A stretch of DNA of 52,309 nt from Nitrosotalea sp. (GTDB taxonomy: Archaea > Thermoproteota > Nitrososphaeria > Nitrososphaerales > Nitrosopumilaceae): positions 1 through 52,309 of the forward strand of contig JANWJG010000100.1 of the NCBI GenBank assembly GCA_025449485.1, in the 5' to 3' direction. Positions 10,988-20,686 of the stretch are shown here, one piece after another (the stretch's first letter is position 1; each line of letters opens with the position of its first letter). Both the position numbers and the translations under genes were made by a program. The notes under the pieces were generated by a model. That model saw only the letters and a list, made by a program, of their open reading frames with translations, was not told where the DNA came from and made no database searches.

Positions 10988-11151
10988 TACGAAAGCTTTC
11001 CAATTTGCCTATTTAAAATCCTTTAGCGACAAAATCGTTCGAGAATTGTATAAACATAAAAATTTCCAGTGATCAGACTAGTCACGAAATAAGAATACTT
11101 TTGAAAAAGTAACTTACATTTATTAAATAGTAACAAAAACAAGTCGCAAAG

Positions 11152-11610
11152 TTGCACAAATTCGACGAATTAGACATGAAAATAATTACCGAACTTAGCA
11201 GAGATGGTAATACATCTGTGCCAAATCTATCCAAAAAACTTGGTGTCAATACTTCGGTTCTTTATAGTAGAGTAAAACGACTTGTCAAGAAAAAATTAAT
11301 AAAAAAATTTACCATTGTAGTTGATGAATCATTAATCGGCATTGGAGTGCGAGCAACCATGGGAATCAACCGAGATCCAAAGCTAAAGGATCAAATCCAT
11401 AAAGCATTACTGAAAACTCCTGAGATAGTTGCAATATCTGAAGTTACTGGAAGGTTTGATATTTTGTTGACTCTGAGAGCACAGAACCTTGAGGAGTTAC
11501 ACACTGTAGCTATAGAGAAGATAGGAAAGATAGAAGGAATACAAAATACGGAAACTTTTGTTGAATTGCAGAAAACCGATAAAGATCCAACCTATACTAT
11601 GACTGAATAG
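11152..11610 (+). CDS. Lrp/AsnC family transcriptional regulator
   Basis: 'DELDMKII..L..DG...L..KLGV...RVKRL' HTH plus 'VTGRFD' RAM domain. Confidence 0.92.
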   Translation: MHKFDELDMKIITELSRDGNTSVPNLSKKLGVNTSVLYSRVKRLVKKKLIKKFTIVVDESLIGIGVRATMGINRDPKLKDQIHKALLKTPEIVAISEVTGRFDILLTLRAQNLEELHTVAIEKIGKIEGIQNTETFVELQKTDKDPTYTMTE

Positions 11611-11611
11611 T

Positions 11612-12094
11612 TTACTTGAATCTGTCGTCCCATTTACCTGATTCTAGATCAGCAGTTGCTTCTTTTGGATTTTTACCATCTATTTTGACTCCAAGTGCAA
11701 GACATGTTCCGATTATTTCTTTTGAAGCAGATTTAACATTGAGTGCATAAGAAGAATCTATTTTCAATTTTGCAACTTTGACAACAGAATCTGGTGAGAT
11801 ATCTCCAACCCAGGTGGCACCTGAAGTTCCTGATCCCTTTTGAATGCCGGCCTCTTTTAGAATCAAGGCGGCAGCCGAAGGAATGCCAACTTCTACAGTC
11901 CATTTCTTTGTGCTCTTGTCCACAGTAACTGTGACAGGCACTTTCATTCCTTCAAAATCTTTAGTCTTTTCATTTATGGCAGTAACTATCTGTAAGATGT
12001 TTACACCAAGTGGTCCCAAAGTTGGACCCAAAGGAGGACCTGCACTAGCTTGACCTCCTGTTACAAGTGCAGAAACGATTTGTATATCTGCCAT
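11612..12094 (-). CDS. rpl11: 50S ribosomal protein L11
   Basis: 'GGQASAGPPLGPTLGPLGVN'. Confidence 0.96.
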   Translation of the reverse strand: MADIQIVSALVTGGQASAGPPLGPTLGPLGVNILQIVTAINEKTKDFEGMKVPVTVTVDKSTKKWTVEVGIPSAAALILKEAGIQKGSGTSGATWVGDISPDSVVKVAKLKIDSSYALNVKSASKEIIGTCLALGVKIDGKNPKEATADLESGKWDDRFK

Positions 12095-12131
12095 ATTTTT
12101 TCTTCCCTCTTAAATGTAAATTTAATCCTTG

Positions 12132-12587
12132 CTAATGAGTTGATGGTTTGAGATAATTTGCATCAACAGTAACTGGCAATTGGTATGGTGCATCAAGTAG
12201 AATCACTGTAGCTTCTTCTTTGTCGTGATCTACTCTTGTGACTGTGGCTTTCATGCCCTTGAATGGACCACCAATAATCTCAACTACTTGATCCACTACA
12301 AGTTCTGAAACTGTGGATTTCTTTACTAGATAGCCCTCGATATCCTTGAATGTTAATTCTCCTCTTAGTTGGCCTCTGATGTGTCTAATTCCCTGTAATG
12401 CATCAAATGCTGCATTTGCGTCTATTGCCTCTACGACAACATAGCCTTTGAGATTTTCTAGTAGGAGAACTGATTGTATGTTGAGTTTTTTTAGTTTGAT
12501 TCGATTCTCTAAGAGTCCCATGACAACCTTTTCTTGACCTCCTGTGGTCCTAACTGCAAAAAAGTGTGATTTTGTTTCTTGAGCCAT
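12132..12587 (-). CDS. spt5: transcription elongation factor Spt5 (NusG)
   Basis: 'AVRTTGGQE', 'LKGYVVVE', KOW motif 'VEIIGGPFKG'. Confidence 0.96.
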   Translation of the reverse strand: MAQETKSHFFAVRTTGGQEKVVMGLLENRIKLKKLNIQSVLLLENLKGYVVVEAIDANAAFDALQGIRHIRGQLRGELTFKDIEGYLVKKSTVSELVVDQVVEIIGGPFKGMKATVTRVDHDKEEATVILLDAPYQLPVTVDANYLKPSTH

Positions 12588-12588
12588 T

Positions 12589-12774
12589 TTATCTATGTCC
12601 TAAATTAATAACAGCAAATGTAAATTGAATTATGAATCCAATGGCACCAAGTGTGGCCATTCCTAAAATTACAAGTCTCAAATGTTCCATATAGTCCTCT
12701 TTATCTGATTTTTTGGCAAGTTTCATAGTATTGACCATGTCTTTGAGCATCTGTTTTGGATTTACCTTTACCAT
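12589..12774 (-). CDS. secE: protein translocase subunit SecE/Sec61-gamma
   Basis: 61 aa, amphipathic helix, 'LAKKSDKEDY' then one TM 'GAIGFII'; directly upstream of spt5. Confidence 0.9.
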   Translation of the reverse strand: MVKVNPKQMLKDMVNTMKLAKKSDKEDYMEHLRLVILGMATLGAIGFIIQFTFAVINLGHR

Positions 12775-12909
12775 TGGAGGATTTTGCCCAAAGTGTCCTT
12801 ATAATTCTTATTTTGGACATGGATTGTTACGTTTTAGACATGTTGTGATGCTAAAGAGATGTTTTCATATTTTTTGTTCTTGGCAAGTTTTGAGTATTTT
12901 TCAAATATT

Positions 12910-13143
12910 CTACTTTAGTGGCTGAAATACTAGCAGACACTCTTCCTTGCCAAAATCAAATGTTATGGTAACCTTGGTAGTTATTTTTTTGATACTTGCT
13001 CGATTAAAATCTGTCACATCTCTTGGATTGAGGGATAACCACTCTTCAATGAGATCTTCTCTACTTCGTGCTTCGAGTATCTCCAATGACTCCATGGATT
13101 TTGGTGACATCTTACCTGATTGGTCTTTGTATGACACTTTCAT
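12910..13143 (-). CDS. hypothetical protein (third gene of small accessory operon)
   Basis: 77 aa, ATG abuts stop codon of the upstream ORF. Confidence 0.6.
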   Translation of the reverse strand: MKVSYKDQSGKMSPKSMESLEILEARSREDLIEEWLSLNPRDVTDFNRASIKKITTKVTITFDFGKEECLLVFQPLK

Positions 13144-13524
13144 TCACTTTCCATTCTCATCATTTGCTTTCTTTCTTCCAAAATTTTCATATTCTGCTGA
13201 TCTCTCAAATGCTTCTTTTATTGGAATCAAAGTGTTGACAATGCGCTCTCTTTGTTTTTCAACCATGTCTCTGACCTCCTCATACTCTGCTTTTCTAGGT
13301 AGTCTCTCTATTGCATGAAATAAGACATTGACCTCTTCTAGTAAATTGACTGAAACTAGGTATGATCTGCCTAGAAAATAGTTCATTACGCGTAATGAAC
13401 CATATATTATTTTCATATCTTCATCTGTTGTGATATTGTCAAGACATTCGAACACCTTGCTGTATCTCTCTATTACGTCTGCAACATCAGATAAATTATT
13501 TTTATATTCTGTGGAATGGGACAT
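13144..13524 (-). CDS. hypothetical alpha-helical protein
   Basis: 126 aa, 3 bp downstream of the RHH gene, charged helical composition. Confidence 0.65.
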   Translation of the reverse strand: MSHSTEYKNNLSDVADVIERYSKVFECLDNITTDEDMKIIYGSLRVMNYFLGRSYLVSVNLLEEVNVLFHAIERLPRKAEYEEVRDMVEKQRERIVNTLIPIKEAFERSAEYENFGRKKANDENGK

Positions 13525-13527
13525 TTT

Positions 13528-13722
13528 CTATTTCTCTTTTAAATCGTTTTTGACTTTCTTTGGGTCTTCATCTTCTAACCATGTCTTTAATGCAATTTCT
13601 ACTAGTTGAGACAAATCAAGTTCTCTGTCTATGGCATCTTTTTTTGCTTCCTTCCAGACTGATGGATCTATCTTGATTGATGTTGTATCTCTCTTTACAT
13701 TTGGATCTAGCTTTACTCTCAT
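13528..13722 (-). CDS. ribbon-helix-helix (CopG/Arc-like) DNA-binding protein
   Basis: 'TTSIKIDPSVWKEAKKDAIDRELDLSQLVEIALKTWL' fits the beta-strand/helix/helix RHH pattern. Confidence 0.75.
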   Translation of the reverse strand: MRVKLDPNVKRDTTSIKIDPSVWKEAKKDAIDRELDLSQLVEIALKTWLEDEDPKKVKNDLKEK

Positions 13723-13731
13723 GTATCCATT

Positions 13732-13744
13732 ATACTACTAGTAT
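13732..13744. promoter_or_regulatory. palindrome ATACTA-C-TAGTAT between TATA-like box and RHH start; candidate autorepression operator
   Basis: Perfect 6-bp arms 10 bp upstream of ATG 13722; TTTAAA box at ~13748-13753. Confidence 0.45.
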
Positions 13745-13837
13745 TATTTAAATTTTAAAGTATATGCTTTCAAGTTCTACGATGCTAAAATTTGAATTTC
13801 GTTTAAAATAATAAACTAGCATGTTTGACTATCTCTT

Positions 13838-14617
13838 ATGGAACTGTTGGTTGCATACGAGTCTGATCCTGCGGGATTTAACATGGCAACATTTCTTTCA
13901 AAGCAAATGAAAAAAGGAGATGATGGAGTTTTTCATGGGAATAATTTTGATCTTGTAATGATATCGTCTCCTGCAATATCTGCTGATTGGCTTGAAGAAA
14001 AATATCATTATGATGGCTATGTATTCCTGTCAAAACATGCCTCTGAAAGTGGAGATCTTGCACTGACATGCCATAGTACTGGAAACTTTGGAGATGCCTT
14101 GTTTGGAGGATTTGCTAGACAGGTGGCAATACCATATCCGCACAGGCAAAAATCCTACATGAAACGGCTTTGGGAACAAAGAAACCTCTTTTCAAAATTT
14201 GACATTACAATAGAAGCAACTCACCATGGACCTACTGCCTTGAGCAAGCCTACACTATTCATTGAAATAGGTACGACTGAGAAAGAGTGGACCGATAAAA
14301 AATTATGTGAAAATATAGCACAGATTGTCTTAAAAGAAATGTCTGAGGTACCAAACAAACATGATGTCGCTATATGTTTTGGAGGTACACACTATCCTGA
14401 TAAATTCAATAAGGAACTACTTGAAGGCGATTTTGCGTTAGGTACTGTTATTCCAAAACATGGTCTTGATAATATCGATCTAGAACTTTTTACTCATATA
14501 TTGGAACGAAACCATGAAGCCAAATTTGCGTTAGTGGATTGGAGTGGATTGGGAAAGAGCAAACAAAAAATAGTTGAGATGATAAATACCAGTAATCTAG
14601 AGATGATAAAAATTTGA
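13838..14617 (+). CDS. dtdA: D-aminoacyl-tRNA deacylase (archaeal DTD2)
   Basis: 'FLSKH', 'LTCHSTGN', 'EATHHGPT', 'FIEIGT', 'GGTHY'. Confidence 0.93.
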   Translation: MELLVAYESDPAGFNMATFLSKQMKKGDDGVFHGNNFDLVMISSPAISADWLEEKYHYDGYVFLSKHASESGDLALTCHSTGNFGDALFGGFARQVAIPYPHRQKSYMKRLWEQRNLFSKFDITIEATHHGPTALSKPTLFIEIGTTEKEWTDKKLCENIAQIVLKEMSEVPNKHDVAICFGGTHYPDKFNKELLEGDFALGTVIPKHGLDNIDLELFTHILERNHEAKFALVDWSGLGKSKQKIVEMINTSNLEMIKI

Positions 14618-14910
14618 AACTAGAACATCAGGTATACAAAGAACTCTTGAAAGTTCCAAAAGGAAAAGTAACAACATATGGTGAACTTGCAAAGGCAGTA
14701 GGTCTAAAAAATGGGCAACGTGCAATAGGAAGAATAATGAACAAAAACCCTTTTCCTGTTATTGTTCCATGTCATAGAGTAATCCTGTCTAGTGGTAAAG
14801 TTGGAGGCTATGCATGGGGAGAAAAAATAAAAGCTAACATGCTTTCACAAGAAGGCGTACAAATCAAGCAAGGAAAAATTCTTGATAAAAATAAAATCTT
14901 TAGATTTTGA
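14614..14910 (+). CDS. ogt: methylated-DNA--protein-cysteine methyltransferase (single-domain MGMT)
   Basis: 'VPKGKVTTYGELA', active-site 'VPCHRV'. Confidence 0.9.
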   Translation: MKLEHQVYKELLKVPKGKVTTYGELAKAVGLKNGQRAIGRIMNKNPFPVIVPCHRVILSSGKVGGYAWGEKIKANMLSQEGVQIKQGKILDKNKIFRF

Positions 14911-14912
14911 AT

Positions 14913-15362
14913 CTACTTTTTGGAACGAACTTCTTCTATCAAGCTTCTAAGGTGAGCCAAGTTTCTTACTTGGTTTCCACCGACTTGCTTATATAATTTC
15001 CAATAGCTCACATTTGGTATTTCTTTTCTTGATTTTGATACTTTTAGTTGATGTCTCATGGCTCTTATTCTCTTGACATACACTTCCTTCTTTCCTACTC
15101 TGGATCCTTTTCTTCCCTTTTTGGAACCTTGTTTAGTTCCACGTTTGCGTCTTTGAGATTTCTTGAAATGTGCTCTTCCTTTTGAAGTTCCTACTACTGG
15201 TTTTACTTGAATTGTGCCTGCAGTTATCAAACTTCTAATGTTATCACGAGTGATTGCATCTGTTATGTCATCCAAGTATTCTGGATCAAATCTTATTCTA
15301 GCTGCACCGACTCCAAGAATTCTGGAGACTAGGTGTCTTTTGGACTTAAGATTTACTACCAC
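14913..15362 (-). CDS. rpl19e: 50S ribosomal protein L19e
   Basis: 'AITRDNIRSLI..G.I', 'GSKKGRKGSR'. Confidence 0.95.
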   Translation of the reverse strand: MVVNLKSKRHLVSRILGVGAARIRFDPEYLDDITDAITRDNIRSLITAGTIQVKPVVGTSKGRAHFKKSQRRKRGTKQGSKKGRKGSRVGKKEVYVKRIRAMRHQLKVSKSRKEIPNVSYWKLYKQVGGNQVRNLAHLRSLIEEVRSKK

Positions 15363-15753
15363 TAGCTGACACCCTTGCGTTGAATACCTTAAAGTTCTTC
15401 TCTAATGCCTTGGTAATTATTTCAGATCTTTTCTTTTTTCCTACTCCGTGACCAAATCTAACACCGTCTTTTTTTGGATCAAGTTTTTCCAAGTCTTTTA
15501 AATTGTAAACTAGATTATCTGTAAATCCTGAAGGATGTAATCCTCTTGCGATCTTTGGTCCACCATATCCTATACGGACTAGGGCTGGCCATCCCTTCTT
15601 CTGCTTTCTTTGATGGTTGTCCATACCTTTTGGCTTTCTCCATGTCTCTGCAAGTTTTGCATATCTCCAGCTCTCTTGCCTAACAAAATCTGGCCTATGT
15701 TCGGCCACTTTTCTTCTAAGTTCAAGAGCTTCTTTATTGATCGGCATGTACAC
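15346..15753 (-). CDS. rpl32e: 50S ribosomal protein L32e
   Basis: 'FVRQES..Y.KL..WRKPKGMDN', 'RGLHPSG'. Confidence 0.95.
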   Translation of the reverse strand: MYMPINKEALELRRKVAEHRPDFVRQESWRYAKLAETWRKPKGMDNHQRKQKKGWPALVRIGYGGPKIARGLHPSGFTDNLVYNLKDLEKLDPKKDGVRFGHGVGKKKRSEIITKALEKNFKVFNARVSASGSKS

Positions 15754-15848
15754 GACTCTGACTAAATTTTACAATAAATACGTTTCTTGTTTAGTGGCTT
15801 TTGATCCGAAGAGATAATAAGGAAAATCATAAGGAAACGTCTTACCAG

Positions 15849-17453
15849 ATGATAGAGGATTTGGAACCTACAATCACTCGTCACGTTGTATCTCAATTGG
15901 AACAAATGGGAATAAAGCCTGCAAAGATACAGAGAAACCTGCAGGTCAAAAATCTCATTGATCTAATCGAAGAAAGAAACGAAGGTATTCTTACGGCAAG
16001 TGGGGCAATGGCCGTAAAAACTGGGAAATATACTGGAAGATCTCCCGATGATCGTTTTATAGTAGATGATGAACAAACTCATGGTACTGTTGACTGGGGT
16101 AAGATCAATCACCCGTTTCCAGAAGACAAGTTTGACAAAATATTTGAAAATATGAAAAATCACATGGCAGGCAAGGAAATCTTCATCTTTGATGGATTTG
16201 TAGGTGCAGACACTGAACACCGATTACCAATTAGAATCATAACTGATCATCCTTGGCAGAATCTCTTTGTAAGACAACTATTCATCAGACCAACTGTCTC
16301 AGAACTGGAAACACACAAACCAGAATATACTGTTATTGCACTAAATGATTTCAAAGCAGTACCGGAGGTAGATGGCACAAGAACTGATGCATTCATTCTT
16401 CTCAATTATACAAAGAAAGTTGTCTTGATTGGAGCAACTTCGTATGCTGGAGAAATAAAAAAAGCAATGTTCTCTGTAATGAATTACAATTTACCATCAC
16501 GCGGTGTATTTCCAATGCACTGCTCTGCAAATATTGGAAAGGGTGGAGATACAGCTTTATTCTTTGGTCTTTCCGGTACTGGCAAGACCACACTATCTGC
16601 TGACTCGAATCGCAAGTTGATAGGAGATGATGAACACGGTTGGTCTGATAGAGGCATTTTTAATTTCGAAGGTGGATGCTATGCCAAATGCATCAATCTA
16701 AACAAAGATGCCGAGCCGCAAATTTGGGATGCAATAAGATCTGGTGCTGTACTTGAAAATGTTGTAATTGACAAGAAAACCATGATGCCTGATTTCAATG
16801 ATGGCAGTCTTACAGAAAATACTAGGGCAGCTTATCCTCTTGACTATATTCCAGGTTCGGTAATTCCAAGTCTTGGCGGAAATCCCCAAGTCATAATATT
16901 TCTAACAGCAGATGCATTTGGTGTACTTCCTCCAATAGCTAGGCTCACAAAAGAAGCAGCAATGTATCATTTCATGTCTGGATATACAAGCAAGCTTGCA
17001 GGCACTGAACGAGGTATAACTGAACCTAGGGCGACATTTTCTGAATGCTTTGGGGCTCCTTTCATGTCAAGACATGCATCAGTTTATGCAAAATTGTTGG
17101 GAGAAAAAATTACAAAACACAAGACAATTGTATATTTGATAAACACCGGCTGGTCAGGTGGGCCATATGGAATTGGAAAGAGGATGAATATTCATTATAC
17201 TAGAAGTATGGTCACAGCTGCACTTTCAGGAGAATTAGACAAGGCGCAGTATAGAAAAGATGCTGTCTTTAATTTGGATATTCCAGTTACATGTCCTGAC
17301 GTTCCTTCCGAGGTGCTAAATCCACGAAACACTTGGTCTGACAAAGAGGCATATGACTCGTCTGCAAAAAAACTGGCTCAAATGTTTGTTGAGAATTTCA
17401 AGAAATTTGGAAACGTTGCTCAAGAAATAAAAGATGCTGGACCGCACACCTGA
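15849..17453 (+). CDS. pckA: phosphoenolpyruvate carboxykinase (ATP)
   Basis: 'FFGLSGTGKTTLS', 'LIGDDEHGW', 'NFEGGCYAK', 'TENTR'; start set at ATG 15849 (ORF track extends to 15801). Confidence 0.96.
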   Translation: MIEDLEPTITRHVVSQLEQMGIKPAKIQRNLQVKNLIDLIEERNEGILTASGAMAVKTGKYTGRSPDDRFIVDDEQTHGTVDWGKINHPFPEDKFDKIFENMKNHMAGKEIFIFDGFVGADTEHRLPIRIITDHPWQNLFVRQLFIRPTVSELETHKPEYTVIALNDFKAVPEVDGTRTDAFILLNYTKKVVLIGATSYAGEIKKAMFSVMNYNLPSRGVFPMHCSANIGKGGDTALFFGLSGTGKTTLSADSNRKLIGDDEHGWSDRGIFNFEGGCYAKCINLNKDAEPQIWDAIRSGAVLENVVIDKKTMMPDFNDGSLTENTRAAYPLDYIPGSVIPSLGGNPQVIIFLTADAFGVLPPIARLTKEAAMYHFMSGYTSKLAGTERGITEPRATFSECFGAPFMSRHASVYAKLLGEKITKHKTIVYLINTGWSGGPYGIGKRMNIHYTRSMVTAALSGELDKAQYRKDAVFNLDIPVTCPDVPSEVLNPRNTWSDKEAYDSSAKKLAQMFVENFKKFGNVAQEIKDAGPHT

Positions 17454-17455
17454 GT

Positions 17456-19480
17456 TTATCTACGCTTCACTAGATATACTATAACCGCAATAGCTAGAAT
17501 GGAAAAAATAATTATTGTTTGTTTTATTGGAATTTGCAAAATTTCTTCAATGTCTGGATAGCTTTCTATGACGTTGTCAATCACTAGTGTCTTGTATGCA
17601 TGATCAGTTTCGTTTTCAACCTTGATGTCTGCCTGTATCCAATACTCCCCTGCACTATTAATTGAAATTGTCTTTGAATCTTGTGGGGTGATTCCAATTG
17701 TTTTGGTATCATGTGAGCCAGCTTTTGCTAGAGAAATTTTTGCATATGACCACTTGCCAGGATAATCTATTGAAAAACTGATCTGGGTATTGTTCTGGCT
17801 TGCCTCAAGTGTTCCCTTGGTAACATGAATCAAGACAGGGATTCGGTATACAGTCCTTGAATCATCAATTGTTATGAATCCATCAGAATCGCCTGGGTTT
17901 TTTGCATTATCTGTAATTTGTACAGATAATGTATTGTTACTTGTGGTGTAATTGAAAACAAGGTGTGGATTGCTCGATGAGAAATGTGCTTTTAATTTTG
18001 GGATTGCAGTGTCGTCTATTGAGTGCAGATGTAACACTCTGGTTCCACTAGGGTTTCCATATGATAAATTGAAGACTAGACTATGAGGGGAAATGATTAG
18101 GTCTGCAGAACTTGCTCTTGTAACATTTAGTCTTCCACTACCTGCTATACTGATTGAAAATTCCTTGCCATACGCATCTGTAACAGGATCAGTTGTTGTT
18201 GTTACAAGGGATATTACAGATGAGGGACTCAAATTTGGATGCTCTTGTAATAGTAACGCGATTGCTCCTGTAACATGCGGTGTTGCTATGCTTGTTCCAC
18301 TAGTCAGGTTGTATTTTCCCCCAAGTGATGTTGTATTTACATAAACTCCTGGTGCAACAAGATCTGGTTTTACATAAAATGGTGACACTGGACCGCGTGA
18401 GCTAAACGGTGCTACAAAGTCTGGGTGATAAAATATGTTCAAAGTTCCAGATGTGTTATTTTTTGACATTGATTTTAATTCAAGACCATCATTTCCTGAT
18501 ATTGAAATTACAGGAATCCGTGGTTGGTAATTGGTTGAATTGGGTACTCTAAGTTCGCCAAAGAATACTCCACTTTGATTGTTGTATACTATCAAACCCC
18601 TTGCTCCACGGTCTGCAGCATTTTTTTCTTTTTCAGAAAAAAATACCTTCTCGCCTTTTGTATCACTGCCGCGCTGTTCAAGCAATATTGAATCTTTGAC
18701 GTCTATGCCTTGAAGATCTTTGACTCTGCCATATCCGCCATAAACTATTTTGCCTTTGACTGGATTTTGTAAAACATCTGTGCCAAGCATTGGTATTACA
18801 TTGTACTGCTTGCTTCCAACCTCTAGAGTAGATACAAGACTTGATGTTATGTTGTTGTAAGATGCTCCAACTGTTATCACGTTAAAATCTCTGCCTGGGC
18901 TGCCAATTGTCATGTCGTCAGGTCCATTATTTCCTGCTGCTGTAACTATGACAATTCCTTTTTTTACTGCCTCATCAACTGCATTTTCTAATTCATCATT
19001 AGTTCTATTGACTCCAAGGCTGATGTTTACTATGTTCATCTTGTCTTCTATTGCGCGAGAAATCGCCTGTATGATGTATTCCGATGAGACTGCCTCTCCT
19101 GTTGATGACACCTTGTATGAGAATAACTGTGATCTTGGAGCCATTCCTGAAAAACTTCCATTGGCACCAATTATTCCTGCAACTTCTGTACCGTGACCAT
19201 TTACGTCAATTGGTCTCTTGTCAGTGTTGACATAATCGTATCCTCCTGCAATTCTTCCTGATTTACCGTAACCATGTAAATCTGGATGATCAAAATCAAC
19301 TCCGGTATCTATTATTCCAATTTTTATTCCTTGACCATCCAAGCCATTTTGTTTAGGTATCTGTGCACCAACTAATTTTATGCTACTTGAAAGTGTGTTC
19401 TGTTCTTCGTTTGAAGTTACAATAAAGCACGTGATGCATAAAACAAAAACAAGAGAGAAAACTAGGAACTTCTCTAGCAC
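17456..19480 (-). CDS. secreted, C-terminally membrane-anchored S8 (subtilisin/Vpr-like) serine protease with PA domain
   Basis: Signal peptide, catalytic 'IDTG', 'HGTEVAG', 'SGTSIATPHV'; PA insert; C-terminal TM plus basic tail. Confidence 0.9.
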   Translation of the reverse strand: MLEKFLVFSLVFVLCITCFIVTSNEEQNTLSSSIKLVGAQIPKQNGLDGQGIKIGIIDTGVDFDHPDLHGYGKSGRIAGGYDYVNTDKRPIDVNGHGTEVAGIIGANGSFSGMAPRSQLFSYKVSSTGEAVSSEYIIQAISRAIEDKMNIVNISLGVNRTNDELENAVDEAVKKGIVIVTAAGNNGPDDMTIGSPGRDFNVITVGASYNNITSSLVSTLEVGSKQYNVIPMLGTDVLQNPVKGKIVYGGYGRVKDLQGIDVKDSILLEQRGSDTKGEKVFFSEKEKNAADRGARGLIVYNNQSGVFFGELRVPNSTNYQPRIPVISISGNDGLELKSMSKNNTSGTLNIFYHPDFVAPFSSRGPVSPFYVKPDLVAPGVYVNTTSLGGKYNLTSGTSIATPHVTGAIALLLQEHPNLSPSSVISLVTTTTDPVTDAYGKEFSISIAGSGRLNVTRASSADLIISPHSLVFNLSYGNPSGTRVLHLHSIDDTAIPKLKAHFSSSNPHLVFNYTTSNNTLSVQITDNAKNPGDSDGFITIDDSRTVYRIPVLIHVTKGTLEASQNNTQISFSIDYPGKWSYAKISLAKAGSHDTKTIGITPQDSKTISINSAGEYWIQADIKVENETDHAYKTLVIDNVIESYPDIEEILQIPIKQTIIIFSILAIAVIVYLVKRR

Positions 19481-19556
19481 GTCGTATCTGCATCAAGACT
19501 AGATAAAATGCATTTGCAACCAAAGCCATAAATTGCAAGAAAGACCCGTACGCATT

Positions 19557-20180
19557 ATGGCAAAATATGAACTTCCAAAAGTACCATACTCGTATGATTC
19601 CTTGGAACCTCATATCGATGCCAAAACGATGGAAATTCATCACACAAAACATCATCAAGCATATACTGATGGCTTGAACAATGCGTTGGCAAATCTTGGT
19701 GCCGAACTACAAAACATGGAACTGCCCAAGTTGCTTTCAGACTTGAATCAAGTACCGGAAAATGTTCGTGGTGCAGTGAATTTTCATGGAGGCGGTTACG
19801 AAAACCATGCCTTGTTTTGGAATAGTATGAAATCAAGCGGTGGAGGAAAACCAGGCGGTAGCTTAGAAGGAGCTATTAATTCTGTGTTTGGAACCTTTGA
19901 CAGCTTTAAAGAAAAATTTGTCAAAGATACCATTGCTATACAAGGAAGTGGATGGGGTTGGTTAGCTTACAATCCTCAGACAAAGAAAGTCGAGTTTACT
20001 ACAATGCCAAATCAGACAAGTCCGCGTACCAAAGGCCTTATCCCGTTAATGGGATTGGATGTCTGGGAGCACGCCTATTATTTGAAATATCAAAATCGAC
20101 GTGCAGACTATGTCAATGCATGGTGGAATGTAATAAACTGGGACGAAATCGATGCACGACTCTCAAAGGTAAAAGCATAA
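19557..20180 (+). CDS. sod: Fe/Mn superoxide dismutase
   Basis: 'HHTKHHQAY', 'GSGWGWL', 'DVWEHAYY'; start ATG 19557. Confidence 0.97.
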   Translation: MAKYELPKVPYSYDSLEPHIDAKTMEIHHTKHHQAYTDGLNNALANLGAELQNMELPKLLSDLNQVPENVRGAVNFHGGGYENHALFWNSMKSSGGGKPGGSLEGAINSVFGTFDSFKEKFVKDTIAIQGSGWGWLAYNPQTKKVEFTTMPNQTSPRTKGLIPLMGLDVWEHAYYLKYQNRRADYVNAWWNVINWDEIDARLSKVKA

Positions 20181-20252
20181 TTCCTTTCTTCTTTTTGTTT
20201 TATTTTCATGCTTTCAGAATGAATTTATAGTCAGTAAGAGAATTTTTGGCAA

Positions 20253-20675
20253 ATGAGTGAAGAACAGGCCCAAGCGTTGATGCAACAGATGCAAGCTCTG
20301 GAATCTTATCTAACTGATCTGGTACAGAGAGAAGAAACAGTAATGAGACTTTTGCAAGAGGCATCAAATGCTGTGGAATCCATGAAAGGGATGACAGGTA
20401 ATGTTGACTGTGAAACACTTGTACCAGTTGGTTTGGGAGTATATGTCAAAGCAAAAATAAATCCTGAACAAAAAATGGTTGTAAATATCGGCGCCGGAGC
20501 TTCTGTAGAACAAGACAAAAATTCTGCAATAAACTATATGGAATCTAGAATTAAGGAACTTGAACTGGTACTGCAACAATTGTCATCACAACGATATGAA
20601 GTGTCTGCCAAGCTTGAGCAGGGACAACATGAAATGAACAAACTTATACAATCTAATCAGAATCACATGCAGTAA
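20253..20675 (+). CDS. pfdA: prefoldin subunit alpha
   Basis: Coiled coil - 'LVPVGLGVYVKA...VNIGAG' - coiled coil; adjacent to ftsY. Confidence 0.93.
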   Translation: MSEEQAQALMQQMQALESYLTDLVQREETVMRLLQEASNAVESMKGMTGNVDCETLVPVGLGVYVKAKINPEQKMVVNIGAGASVEQDKNSAINYMESRIKELELVLQQLSSQRYEVSAKLEQGQHEMNKLIQSNQNHMQ

Positions 20676-20686
20676 GGCAGTATACC

